From Spirochaetia bacterium (lineage in GTDB: Bacteria > Spirochaetota > Spirochaetia > DSM-16054 > Sediminispirochaetaceae), in contig JAXHMY010000009.1 in assembly GCA_034520965.1 (NCBI GenBank), positions 96,001 to 160,000 of the forward strand: 64,000 nucleotides of DNA, given 5' to 3'. The translations under genes and the position numbers were made by a program. The notes below the pieces were generated by a model. That model was given only the letters and a program-made list of their open reading frames with translations. It searched no databases and had not been told where the DNA came from. Positions 53,026-63,084 of this stretch are shown here, piece after piece (positions within the stretch are counted from its first letter, which is position 1; each line of letters begins with the position of its first letter).

Positions 53026-54085
53026 ATCGCATCCGACCTTTGAACAGGATGTAGAGGAAAAGGGGGGCACCGAGCATTGAGGTGATTGCCCCAACAGGCA
53101 GGACAATCGGGCTCAGTAAAGACCGGCTGAGCATGTCCGCGAGCAGGAGTATCAGGCTCCCCAGCAGCATCGACCCCGGTATTAAAAAGCGATGATCGTG
53201 ACCAATTATTCGGCGCATGATATGCGGGCCAAGCAGGCCGACAAAACTGATCATGCCGAGAAACGCCACAGAGACTGCGGTAATCAGCGCAGCGAGGAAA
53301 AGCGAAACAAACCGGACTCTGCTCACATCCACGCCAAGACTTCTCGCAGTGTCATTCCCGTTGGCGAGGGCGTTGTAATCCCAGCGCTTCCGGTAGAAGT
53401 AGAGTGAAGCCAGCCCCACTACGATGCTAAGGATCGCAAGTGCATGCCATCCGATTCTGCTGAGGTCGCCAAAAGTCCAGAAGATCGCTTTTGAGAGTTC
53501 CGTTTCGTCCGCGAAATACTGGACCAGCGTTGTCATTGCATTGAACAGTGCGCTGATTGCAACTCCCGCCAGAATGATCGCCTGCGGAGTGAATCCTTTC
53601 ATTTTGGAAAGCATCAGGATCGCGAGGGTCGATCCCATCGCGAACAAGAAGGCAAAAAGGGTGGTGAGGTAAGGCATCTCCGCAATGCCTGAATGGACAC
53701 CTGAGATCGTTGTTGCCAGAATAATTGCCAGGTTGGCTCCGAAAATCGCCGCTGAAGAGATTCCGAGGGTGGAAGGGGATGCGAGGGGATTCTTGAGCCC
53801 GATCTGCATCACGCATCCCGCGACCGAGAGTCCTGCCCCTGCCACGACAGCTGCAATTATTCTCGGGAGGCGAAGCTTGAAAACCACCATATGGTGGCGC
53901 GCCGCGCTTCCAATTCCGAACAACGTCCTGATGACTTCAAGGAATCCGAGTTCATACGATCCGATCATGATCGCTACGATGCCCGCGACCGCAATAGTAA
54001 GGGTAATCAGAATAAGAAAAAGCTTTTTCTTTCTGATATGGTTTTCGTAACGTTCAAGATGGCTGTACATAATATTATTCCGCAT
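53015..54085 (-). CDS. FecCD/BtuC family ABC permease
   Basis: LRLPRI, NPLASPSTLGIS, ARSLGV, ISFVGLLGPHIMR, LPVGAITS.LGAP.F. Confidence 0.95.
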   Translation of the reverse strand: MRNNIMYSHLERYENHIRKKKLFLILITLTIAVAGIVAIMIGSYELGFLEVIRTLFGIGSAARHHMVVFKLRLPRIIAAVVAGAGLSVAGCVMQIGLKNPLASPSTLGISSAAIFGANLAIILATTISGVHSGIAEMPYLTTLFAFLFAMGSTLAILMLSKMKGFTPQAIILAGVAISALFNAMTTLVQYFADETELSKAIFWTFGDLSRIGWHALAILSIVVGLASLYFYRKRWDYNALANGNDTARSLGVDVSRVRFVSLFLAALITAVSVAFLGMISFVGLLGPHIMRRIIGHDHRFLIPGSMLLGSLILLLADMLSRSLLSPIVLPVGAITSMLGAPLFLYILFKGRMRYAH

Positions 54086-54200
54086 TGTAAGACCCGGTCA
54101 GACCTACCGATGGAGCCCGGTGCATTGTTGCTCTGCGTTTTTTCATAGAATTATCTTCGGTGTGCTTATAAGCAGGGCCATTATATAGATACGCTGTCAA

Positions 54201-54246
54201 AAAAAATAGAAGTTGTATTACAATTTCTATAGCAATAAAAGCATAA
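54201..54246. promoter_or_regulatory. Upstream motif TATAGCAATAAAAGCaTAA, copy 2
   Basis: Homologous to 50078-50121. Confidence 0.6.
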
Positions 54247-54462
54247 ATCGATGTATGACCGCAGACAGCTCCTGTGTTCGGTACGCTATCGGAGTGCGTG
54301 TTTAAGGGCCTAAAATTTATATAATAGAAGCTGTTTTTTCACCTCTCCCATAATTCCAGGTATAAATGCTGCAGCGGGTTCAGAATCGCTGAGCCGGCAA
54401 GATAGTACCAGAACTTCGCATCCCTTGCATCGAAGAGGTCTGCACTTTATACTTTCATACAT

Positions 54463-55977
54463 ATGGACAAAGAAGAACAAAATTACCCTTATATAAACCG
54501 GGCAGCCCGGATGATCCGGCGTTGGACCGGAATAAAACAAATATCGCAGCGCAATACAGCTCCGCCGGAACTTCATCAAACCCGTAACCGGCCGGGTACC
54601 TTTGCCACGGTTCAGAACAACGGACACACTGTGGCGGAAACTGCCCGCAGAATCCCCGTACTTGACAGCTGCGAGGTACTGGTGGTAGGGGGCGGCCCCG
54701 CCGGCATCTCCGCAGCATTGGCAGCCCGGCGGACGGGGGCTGATACCCTTTTAATGGAACGCTTCGGTTGTTTCGGCGGGGTAATCACTACCGTTGGAAT
54801 GGAAACTCTGGGCTGGTACCGCTACGAAGGAACAGTGGAATCGGAGGGCATCGGCATTGAAATGGAACGGCTTGCGGCCCGCATGGGCGGAACCACCAAA
54901 TGGCCCCACAATGACAGCGAGTGCCTCGATGCAGATGTCTTCAAGGTGCTTGCCGATGACCTCCTGGACGAGGCCGGTGTACGGCCCCTCCTTCACACTA
55001 TGGCCGTGGAAGCGATAGTGGAAGAGGGACAGATTAAAGGAGTAATTACCGAAAGCAAGTCCGGCCGGCAGGCAATTCTGGCACAGAGAGTAATCGACTG
55101 CACCGGAGATGCCGACATAGCTCATCTGGCCGGCTGCAGTTATCATAAGCTCCCGAAGGAGGAGATGCTGGGTGTGAGTACGGTATTTAGCTGCGCCGGA
55201 GTCGATACCCGGCGGTTTCTTGAATATGCCCAGGCGAATCCAAGGCAATATTCCGATTGGGCCACCGAATGGACCCCCGCCACTACCGGAAAAGAGGACG
55301 ATCTTCTCACCCCCTACTTGGGCCAAGAATTCGAACAGGCGAAGGAGATGGGAGTCATCTCGAAGGAGATAGAACTGGGAGGTACCTGGTCGGCCCTCTC
55401 GGATGCAGGCGAGGCGACCAACCTCAATTTAGTGTACATGAAGAGCTACGATGCAACCGATGTCCGTGATTTGACTGAAGCCTCCCAGCGGGGCCGCAAG
55501 GAGGCACTGGAAGCGCTGAAAGCGCTCAAGGCGGTTGTTCCGGGCTTTGAAAACGCAAAACTGCGGAACTTTTCGATGACCCTGGGGGTAAGGGACAGCC
55601 GTAAAATTAATGGCCGCTACCGCTTAACCGAGAAGGATGTAACCAGCCAGGCGGTTTTTGAGGATTCAATCGGTATTTTTCCCGAATTTTTAGACGGCTA
55701 CAACATCCTGGTGTTGCCGAGTTCCGGGCGCTTCTTTCAGGTGCCCTACGGCTGTATGGTTCCCGATTCAGTTGATAATCTGCTGGTTGCCGGCAGAGCT
55801 GTCGCCGGCGACCGAGTCTCGCATACGGCCATGCGGAACATGATGGGCTGCACCGTCACCGGCCAGGGAGCTGGTACCGCGGCGGCGGTTTCTCTTCGGG
55901 AGCATCAGTCTACCGCCGACGTCAACATAGCTGCGGTGCAGAGTGAGCTGAAACAGCAAGGGGTGCGTCTGGAGTAG
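54463..55977 (+). CDS. FAD-dependent oxidoreductase (FAD_oxidored-type)
   Basis: VVGGGPAG.SAA, IDCTGDAD, GVRDSR.I.G.Y, VPYGCMVP...NLLVAGR, TGQGAG.AA; true start uncertain. Confidence 0.88.
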   Translation: MDKEEQNYPYINRAARMIRRWTGIKQISQRNTAPPELHQTRNRPGTFATVQNNGHTVAETARRIPVLDSCEVLVVGGGPAGISAALAARRTGADTLLMERFGCFGGVITTVGMETLGWYRYEGTVESEGIGIEMERLAARMGGTTKWPHNDSECLDADVFKVLADDLLDEAGVRPLLHTMAVEAIVEEGQIKGVITESKSGRQAILAQRVIDCTGDADIAHLAGCSYHKLPKEEMLGVSTVFSCAGVDTRRFLEYAQANPRQYSDWATEWTPATTGKEDDLLTPYLGQEFEQAKEMGVISKEIELGGTWSALSDAGEATNLNLVYMKSYDATDVRDLTEASQRGRKEALEALKALKAVVPGFENAKLRNFSMTLGVRDSRKINGRYRLTEKDVTSQAVFEDSIGIFPEFLDGYNILVLPSSGRFFQVPYGCMVPDSVDNLLVAGRAVAGDRVSHTAMRNMMGCTVTGQGAGTAAAVSLREHQSTADVNIAAVQSELKQQGVRLE

Positions 55978-56009
55978 ATCCGGCCGCGTTGCGTACGCCG
56001 CCGCCGGCG

Positions 56010-56516
56010 GTTCATCTCCGAATATAATATCCGGGTCGTTGATGAGGGCGCGGCAGATTCCCACTCTCTGAAGTTGGCCGCCGGAAGCCTGGGTGATATC
56101 ATTATCTGAAATATCGGCAATTCCCAGTTTTTGATCAGCTCGGAGGCCTTTTTGTTGATCACTTTGCGGCTCAGGTTTTTTGCCAGGTACGCGGACATAA
56201 TGACATTGTCAAAAACCGAGAGGTTTCGCAGAAGGTGAATATGCTGAAAAATGAAGCCCATGCTGGTAAGCCTCAAGCTCGACAGCTCTTTTTCCGAGAA
56301 ACTTGTGAGATCCTGGTCTTTGAAGACTACGTTGCCGGAGCTGATTTTGTCCATGCCGCTGATATTGTACAGCAGGGTGGATTTTCCCGAGCCCGAAGGA
56401 CCCATGAGCGATATGAAATCGCCCTTTTCGATCTTCAGGTTCACCTTTTTCAGGACGTAGTGTTCATTCCCCTTTCCGGGAAAGTACTGTTTATTCAATG
56501 CTTTGGATTCAAGTAA
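56010..56516 (-). pseudogene. LolD-like ABC ATPase remnant
   Basis: [32 protein letters not shown] in a shifted frame; truncated at both ends. Confidence 0.75.
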
Positions 56517-56799
56517 AAGGAGCAGGGAAGAGAATGCCGGACGGCTTGTAAAGGAAGGACTGTATCGCTATATCCGGCATCCCTAGTACGCCGGTTTTCT
56601 GCTTATCTCGATTGGAGTGCTGTTTGAGTGGATGAGCATACTGCTTATGGTAATGTGGCCGGTTTTGGCAGTCCAGTACCACAGACTTGCCCGTATGGAA
56701 GAGGCGGACCTGGAAGAACAGTTCGGTTCACTTTGGTATGAGTACCGGGTAAAGACGGGTATGTACCTGCCGCGTATGAGGAAGAGACGCCGGAATTAG
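56517..56799 (+). pseudogene. ICMT/PEMT-type methyltransferase 3' fragment
   Basis: LVKEGLYRYIRHP*YAG...EEADLEEQFG..W.EY; internal TAG. Confidence 0.7.
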
Positions 56800-57399
56800 T
56801 ATCTCAGTTTGTTGAGCAGCTCCACCCGGCTGCGCGAGTCCGCTTTCCGGTAGAGATTGTAAATATGGGTGCGAACGGTGGCGGGGGATATGTAGAGCTC
56901 CGAGGCAATCTCCTTGTTTGATAAGCCGTGGGCGATCATTACCGCTATCTCAGTTTCCCGGGCGGAAAGGCCGAGGGATTTCACCCTTTCGGCAGGAACA
57001 GACTCGAGGGTAGGTGCTCCGGAATCTCCCATCCCAGATAAGCCGGACCGCAGCACTCATAGAGACGATGTTCCAGCCAAGGTAAAAGAGGTAATCAATC
57101 GAAAATTCCGAGAAACCCAGAATACCCGAAGAGGCTATGGCATACTCTATCAGGCCCAGAGGGGCAAAAATCAAAGCGCATAGACCATAGGCTTTCATAA
57201 GCGGCCTGAGTACCGGTGGTTCATACGGCTGAAGGGGCGTCCGGAGCATTATTCCCAGGGCTGCAACGGCGGCAGGAGTCTGCTGCGGACCCTCATATTC
57301 AGAAGCAACAGGGCTGCTCTTCCCATAAACCCCGTGGCAAAAAACAGTACATAGAAAACCATCAGAAAATGCTGCATCGCGTGTCCGCCTGTTATTCAA
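56796..57399 (-). pseudogene. Membrane-bound LuxR-type regulator, disrupted
   Basis: LSARETEIA..IAHGLSNKEIASELYISPATVRTHIYNLYRK; upstream TM part in other frames. Confidence 0.7.
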
Positions 57400-57589
57400 T
57401 GAGCTTATTCACTTTAATCATTTTAACCCGGTACTACAATAGCATTGAATCCTTGACAAACTATAAAAAGGGATCCACTATAAATTATCATAAAAACTGA
57501 AGTCGGGCGGATCGGCGTTAGACATCTTTCGCTCGTTCGTACCCTTCCTCCCGAGTCTCTTAAGCTTTGAGATAAAAGGGAGGATTGTG

Positions 57590-58363
57590 ATGCGTGTAAA
57601 GCCTACTGTTTTCATTACCTGTGTTTGTCTGCTCTTTGGCTGAGTGCTGCGGGCTACGCCCAGCAGCAGAGTTTATGGGCCCCGGTGTACCCCGGTGCAG
57701 TTCAGTGTGAGTATTCCTCCGGAGACAACGTATCCGTGTTTTTCAGCCACGACACCTACGACAGGCTCGAGGCGTTCTATTCCGCCGATAAGGATATCAA
57801 ACCCCGCAAAAGTGAGAAAGACGATGCCCGGTCGGCTTTTTTTATCTACAGTAAGTCGGTGTACGGGGATGCAGGTTCAATCGACGGGGTATCTATCAAT
57901 TACGACCATGCCTACAGCCCTGCAGTCGGAACCGTGTTTAAAAGGCTTGAGCAGCTCATACTCGACGGTGCCCTCGATAGGCAGGAGTTCGCCGAGATTC
58001 GCCGGCGCTATGAGCGTATGGGCCGCTATTTTGAACTGAGTGATCAGCGTGACAAGCGGGGTTATCATGTACCGATGGATAAAGATAATTTTGCTGCAGT
58101 ACGAACAGCAGATAGAAGATTATATCCAGGAGGGAGAGAGCTGGGAGGAGAACGAAGAAGATTTAATGACCCGCTACCACTCTTTAATAGCCCAGGGAAA
58201 GTTTCAGGAGGCTGCGGAGTTGATGCAAAAGGGCTCTGCCCAGAGCTTAGAGGCGGCCCGGCGACCGACCGACAGAAAAGTGGTCGAATTGTGGAAGGAG
58301 TGTCTGTCGGAGATGGCGTCGGCGGCCTATCCCGTTCGGCTTGAAATTGGACGAAGAAGGTAG
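57590..58363 (+). pseudogene. Hypothetical exported protein, frameshifted
   Basis: GGGAGG RBS with ATG 57590; PVYPGA motif; coding continues in 58040-58363. Confidence 0.5.
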
Positions 58364-58689
58364 TTTTCCAGGACTTTCTATTTATCCCGTAATGTAGATA
58401 AAATCGAGGAGGAGCGCGATAAAAAGATCGTCCAAACTGTGGATTGTGGCGTGAGCCCTGCTTGTTATTGTCCTGTCGGGGACGGTTGCTCCAGAACCGG
58501 CGTCTGGCGAAAGTGTGGTAGATGTGCCTGCGGTTGGTGTGGTCTCTCCCGGGTGGCTGCCGTGGAGCATAAAGTACTGGTCTTACCGAATCCTCACCGG
58601 GATCGTTCAGGTAGAGCTCGTAGCAGGGGACGTCGACGCACTGTGCCGCAGCGAGGGGGGGGAAACCTTCCCATTTAATAGAAGCTACA

Positions 58690-59979
58690 CTAGAGTGTAT
58701 CACCGAGAGCCCATTTCCAGGCGGGAGTAACCTCGACAACGCCCTCTTCCAGATGAATCGACTCCTCTTGTGAATGGCTTATAATGGAGCCTCTGCCGAG
58801 AGCGAATCTTTGCATAGCCTTTTGCAGCCCCCGTAATTCTCTCTGCCGGTTTTCGTCGTTTAACTCGTAACACGCCTGTACGGCCCCGACAATGCGAACG
58901 CCATCATACACGAGAAAATCGGTTTCGAATCCGTTAGAATGAAAAAAAACGGTATATCCTGCTTTTATCAGCTCCAGCAAGACGAAAGTTTCAAGGTACC
59001 ATCCCATATCAGGAGTATTTGAAAACCGGTATGCGGTTAACACGCCAGGGTCGTTTACGTAGACCTTCTTAAAGGACTGTTCCTGTTTTACAGGAGAGTC
59101 GTGATATTTGGGTATAGATAGTACGGCAAATGCATCCTCAAAGTGTCCGACCAACTCGTAAAGGCTGTTCTTGCCTACGCTGATACCTCTCGATTTGAGA
59201 TCGTTGTAGTATTTATGTACCGAGAAACTCCTCGCATTTCCCGATATAAGCCGCTTCAACATGTCCTTTACCAGGTGTACTTTCCCTATTTCATGGCGTT
59301 CGATAATATCGCGGTACAGCATTACATCTACGTAGGATTGCATCGTTTTTATCCGCATCTGCTCTTCCAAGCCGAATATTTCCGGAAATCCGCCCCACCA
59401 GAGAAATGCATCGAAGTGGTTGATAATCCGGTTTTTTTCACGTGTAGCGTATTTCGCTTCCGGGCTCACACCGTGATATCGAAGGTATTCACGAAACGAA
59501 AAGGGAAACAGCGTAAAGGAGAGTGCTCGTCCGCGCAGTGAGGATGCAATTTCTCTGCCCATCAATCGTGAAGAAGATCCGGTAATCCATAATTTTGTGC
59601 TTACCGTATCTTGTACTCTCCGGATAAACTTTTCCCAGCCTTCCACCTCCTGTATCTCGTCGAAAAAGAAGTAGACGTCTGATAAGTCGGTTGAGGGATA
59701 GAGTTGCTGGTAGGCATCGATAATCTTATGCAAATCTCCCCTTCCGATGTCCACACGCTCGTCTTCGAAATTGATGTATACGATGTTGACGGGATCCACT
59801 GTTTTTCGCAGTTTATCGATGAGGGAGTACAAAAACCACGTTTTTCCGGTTCTCCGGGGACCGATTATCGAAATAATCTTCCCGCTGTCGAGGGGGACAG
59901 TGAGCTCTCGGGGAATTATAGGCCCCGGCAGCTTCCTCTGATGAAAATCGGCAATTATCGTCTTGAAAAGCTCTAACAT
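58690..59979 (-). CDS. AAA_14 ATPase with DUF4143 domain
   Basis: GPRRTGKT, INFEDER, FFDEIQ, ITGSSS, GGFPE, K.Y..D.G, ETDF. Confidence 0.9.
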   Translation of the reverse strand: MLELFKTIIADFHQRKLPGPIIPRELTVPLDSGKIISIIGPRRTGKTWFLYSLIDKLRKTVDPVNIVYINFEDERVDIGRGDLHKIIDAYQQLYPSTDLSDVYFFFDEIQEVEGWEKFIRRVQDTVSTKLWITGSSSRLMGREIASSLRGRALSFTLFPFSFREYLRYHGVSPEAKYATREKNRIINHFDAFLWWGGFPEIFGLEEQMRIKTMQSYVDVMLYRDIIERHEIGKVHLVKDMLKRLISGNARSFSVHKYYNDLKSRGISVGKNSLYELVGHFEDAFAVLSIPKYHDSPVKQEQSFKKVYVNDPGVLTAYRFSNTPDMGWYLETFVLLELIKAGYTVFFHSNGFETDFLVYDGVRIVGAVQACYELNDENRQRELRGLQKAMQRFALGRGSIISHSQEESIHLEEGVVEVTPAWKWALGDTL

Positions 59980-60274
59980 AGTATGATTATACCATAATAT
60001 TTCTTTTTCAGAAAGAAACTTTTTAATATTATTTCTTCTAAAAAAGGAAACTTTTTGATTTGATCTATCGGCACATCGATTCAACTGGCCTGTCGACAAG
60101 GTTGTGTCTAAGTTGGCGGGGGTCAGACGAACCAAGAGGTAGTCTTCAATTGCAAGTTCAAGGAGAAAAAACCGTTCATTTACCTGGTGGGCAGAATAGC
60201 TGATTTTTGAGTATATAGTTTGACCTTAGGGCAGAGTCAAGAAGAGAATAAAAAAATGTGTTATAATAAACAGC

Positions 60275-60979
60275 ATGAAATCAAAGCTCGTCTCCCGCTG
60301 TTCTATTATGCCTCTGCCAAAGATACTCACAAGAGGTACAGTTCTATTTGTAGTGCTGCTCTTCTCTTCTCCCCTGCTGTTTTCAATTGATTTCCAAGGT
60401 ACTGAAGCGGATTATTCGCTCCGGATAATCGAATCGGAACAGTCCGACTTGGATGATGGTTCAACCGGTATGGTATTGACCAATGTGTTTAGCCTTCGCC
60501 TTCCGGTTCAACTGCCCCATCCAAGGCTATCCTTTGTGCCGGGTATCTCATTTACCAGCATGTATTATCGGTACGATGATATTCTGAAAAGGGCAGTACC
60601 GACGGATGTTGAGTGGCGCGAGCTGACTGCCTTAGTCCCTATGCTTGATTTTAATATGCGCTGGGATTTTATTAAGAGCAGATGGGGGCGTTATTCGGCG
60701 GAAGCCGGGTTGGGGTTTAAGCTGCCCCTTCCGGTAAAAACTTGGGAGAGCGGTACGGTGAACAACTCCGGTAAGATTCTGCCGGCCCTGTATTCGGATG
60801 CTCAGTTTGTGCTGCCGGAGTTTGCACTTCAAGCCGCCTGGCCATTGACGGAGAAGTTTGACCTGTTTGTGCGCTTTTCAGGCTATGTGCCGGTGTATCA
60901 CGCCTGGGACGGGAAGGGTTTACCCTTTACGGACGGGCTGACGGGCAGTATCCACCTGGGAGCCTATTTTCCCTTCTAA
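60275..60979 (+). CDS. Hypothetical exported / outer-membrane protein
   Basis: Signal-like N-terminus, beta-strand pattern, C-terminal YFPF. Confidence 0.65.
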   Translation: MKSKLVSRCSIMPLPKILTRGTVLFVVLLFSSPLLFSIDFQGTEADYSLRIIESEQSDLDDGSTGMVLTNVFSLRLPVQLPHPRLSFVPGISFTSMYYRYDDILKRAVPTDVEWRELTALVPMLDFNMRWDFIKSRWGRYSAEAGLGFKLPLPVKTWESGTVNNSGKILPALYSDAQFVLPEFALQAAWPLTEKFDLFVRFSGYVPVYHAWDGKGLPFTDGLTGSIHLGAYFPF

Positions 60980-61041
60980 TTACACCCTTCTAATTATGCG
61001 AAATGGTAGCTTGTGCGCAAGGGTGACTTGCGTGCAGGGGG

Positions 61042-62274
61042 CTAAATAAACTGGCTGGGGAAGATTTCTTTTTGGCCTTCTTCAGAATGCGCCACCACCA
61101 GTGAGCCCAAAGCTACTGTTACCATATCGATAAATACTGCAAAGCTGCTCAACAGTGGAAGTATCGGATAGATAATCAGAAAGCCGTTTTCTATTCCGCG
61201 GCCGTACAGTGTACACAGCGCGGTGAGCGCTGCCGCCACTCCGAAGCCCGGAACAGTGCTGGAGAGCAGGGATGCTGCAATACTAATGCCGATGATCCAC
61301 GCAATCTCGACAAACTCAATGCCCAAACTGGAATAGGATTTAAGAATGACGATAAAAGTGATGCTGCTGACCATAGCTGTTCCCGCTTTTGCAAACAGGG
61401 CAAACAGGGGAATCGTAACCGAACCAATTCTACGAGGCACTCCCAGGTTTTCTTTAATATGGGGAATCATAGGAACCAGGCTAAAATAGCTGTTTCCCGA
61501 AAAAAAAGCCGCGATTGAGGGTGCCAAAATTCCATACAGGTATTTATAGGGGTTCTGCCGGTCTGTAAGAAAATACACCAGAATCGGATAGATGCAGAAA
61601 ATTATGAACACCCCTAGAATACCAATCAACAACAGTAATTCGGAGTACAGTTCAATCTCATCGGTTCTGCGTAGATGAACAACAAAAGAAGCAGATAGGA
61701 CGATCAGTCCAAAGCCCAGAATTTCGTTCACAAACTTGGCAATATGGTAGAAGATACGGGTGAATGAATCGAAAACTTGGACTACCGGACGGCTCAGTAC
61801 TTTGTCAAATGAAAAGTTGAGTCCCAGGAACAGTGCAAAGAAAACGATTGGGAACAGGATATTACCGTTGCCGGTAAAGATATTAAACAGGTTGTTGGGA
61901 AATATCTGAAAGATAAGTTCCTGAAAACTTGGAAAAGAGTGTACTGCTTCGGTTTCAACAATAATAGGTATTCGTTCGGGAGCAACTAACAATACTGCCC
62001 CCGTTCCGATTCCTACCAGCAGAGCTGCGGTTGCCGCGATAATGAGGAAACTTTTGCCGATAACCGCCAATACCCGGCGGTCCATACGCAGACGGTATGT
62101 GCCGTAGGCAAGGGAGAAAAAGATTAAGGGAAACAGGGCGTAACGGCCGATGTGGAGAACAATTTGGGCTGCAAATTGAAGGTTTTGGTAGTAGGCCTCC
62201 CCGGTTGGAAAGACGTATATTCCGAGTAGAACCCCGATAGTTGCTGCAAGCAGGTACTTAATCCATAGTTTCAT
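61042..62274 (-). CDS. Dicarboxylate/amino acid:cation symporter (DAACS)
   Basis: PLIFFSL, IFPNNLF, FALFLG, ENLGVP.RI....IPL. Confidence 0.85.
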   Translation of the reverse strand: MKLWIKYLLAATIGVLLGIYVFPTGEAYYQNLQFAAQIVLHIGRYALFPLIFFSLAYGTYRLRMDRRVLAVIGKSFLIIAATAALLVGIGTGAVLLVAPERIPIIVETEAVHSFPSFQELIFQIFPNNLFNIFTGNGNILFPIVFFALFLGLNFSFDKVLSRPVVQVFDSFTRIFYHIAKFVNEILGFGLIVLSASFVVHLRRTDEIELYSELLLLIGILGVFIIFCIYPILVYFLTDRQNPYKYLYGILAPSIAAFFSGNSYFSLVPMIPHIKENLGVPRRIGSVTIPLFALFAKAGTAMVSSITFIVILKSYSSLGIEFVEIAWIIGISIAASLLSSTVPGFGVAAALTALCTLYGRGIENGFLIIYPILPLLSSFAVFIDMVTVALGSLVVAHSEEGQKEIFPSQFI

Positions 62275-62330
62275 AGTACGGATACCATAGCCCTTTTCCA
62301 GGGGCTGCGTCAATCTGAATTGTAAGCTGC

Positions 62331-63002
62331 TTATCTACCCTTTTGGGTGAAACTAAGCGCATTCCATACGGAACGATCGCCGTGGCGGTACCATTTGCCG
62401 TGGCTGCCGCGTGCCTTTTCCGTTAAGGTTCGATGTACAAAGAGGGCGTAGTCGTCGGGAGTGCTCGCGTCGGAGGTGAAGCCGTTGATCATAATCGGCT
62501 CATTCTGATACAGAGTGAACATGCTGTCGGCAAAAGTTTTTATGCCGCCGATACCGACCGCGTCAATTGGCGGTAGTACTTCTAGGCCGGAGGTATGTAT
62601 TACGATTGAAAGCTGCCCCTGTTTTCGTTTTTGAAAATATCCCAAGACTTCCCGTAAAAAGTAGAGTCCTCCTTTTACATAGTTATCGATGTAACTGTCG
62701 ATTGATGCCAGACCCAGTTCATGAAGAGGCTTGTTTTCCATAAGAGCACTGAATACAAACACTACTTCATCAATTGTATCCCGCTTGTTCTCTGCTTCTA
62801 CCAACAGGTTATGGATCGAGACAGAGGAGTGGCGCGTCCAGGGGATGATAGTCAAATGATCTTCCACCTCTTCCCCAGCGGAATTGCGGCCCGGGTTCCC
62901 TTCATCGGCTCGAATCACATGGGCTCCGTCATCAATAAATAGCTCTGAGAGGCGCTGGGCCAGGGGAGAGGTATTTCCATTTAACAATATTGTTTGGTCC
63001 AT
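62331..63002 (-). CDS. Degenerate SDR-like Rossmann-fold protein
   Basis: TILLNG..S.L...L...F...G..V, N.VKG..YFLRE; no YxxxK. Confidence 0.6.
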   Translation of the reverse strand: MDQTILLNGNTSPLAQRLSELFIDDGAHVIRADEGNPGRNSAGEEVEDHLTIIPWTRHSSVSIHNLLVEAENKRDTIDEVVFVFSALMENKPLHELGLASIDSYIDNYVKGGLYFLREVLGYFQKRKQGQLSIVIHTSGLEVLPPIDAVGIGGIKTFADSMFTLYQNEPIMINGFTSDASTPDDYALFVHRTLTEKARGSHGKWYRHGDRSVWNALSFTQKGR

Positions 63003-63084
63003 AGGCTTCCTATAGTAAATGAAAAAGAGTTTGAAATTCAAGAAACATATAATGTATGATACATAAAAAGGGGTGGGTTTTACC

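Noticed and set aside
54086..54200. Cobalamin or NiCo riboswitch upstream of the ABC importer
   Set aside because: No B12-box or GCCACTG/GGGAAG core and no convincing NiCo junction on the minus strand by eye; an Rfam scan would settle it
57500..57560. Riboswitch in the leader of the 57590 gene
   Set aside because: Only an imperfect stem with no recognisable aptamer consensus
60075..60240. tRNA or att site at the island/core boundary
   Set aside because: TGGCGG and TGGTGG starts resemble reversed tRNA 3' ends, but there is no correctly spaced T-loop or cloverleaf and no integrase in the window
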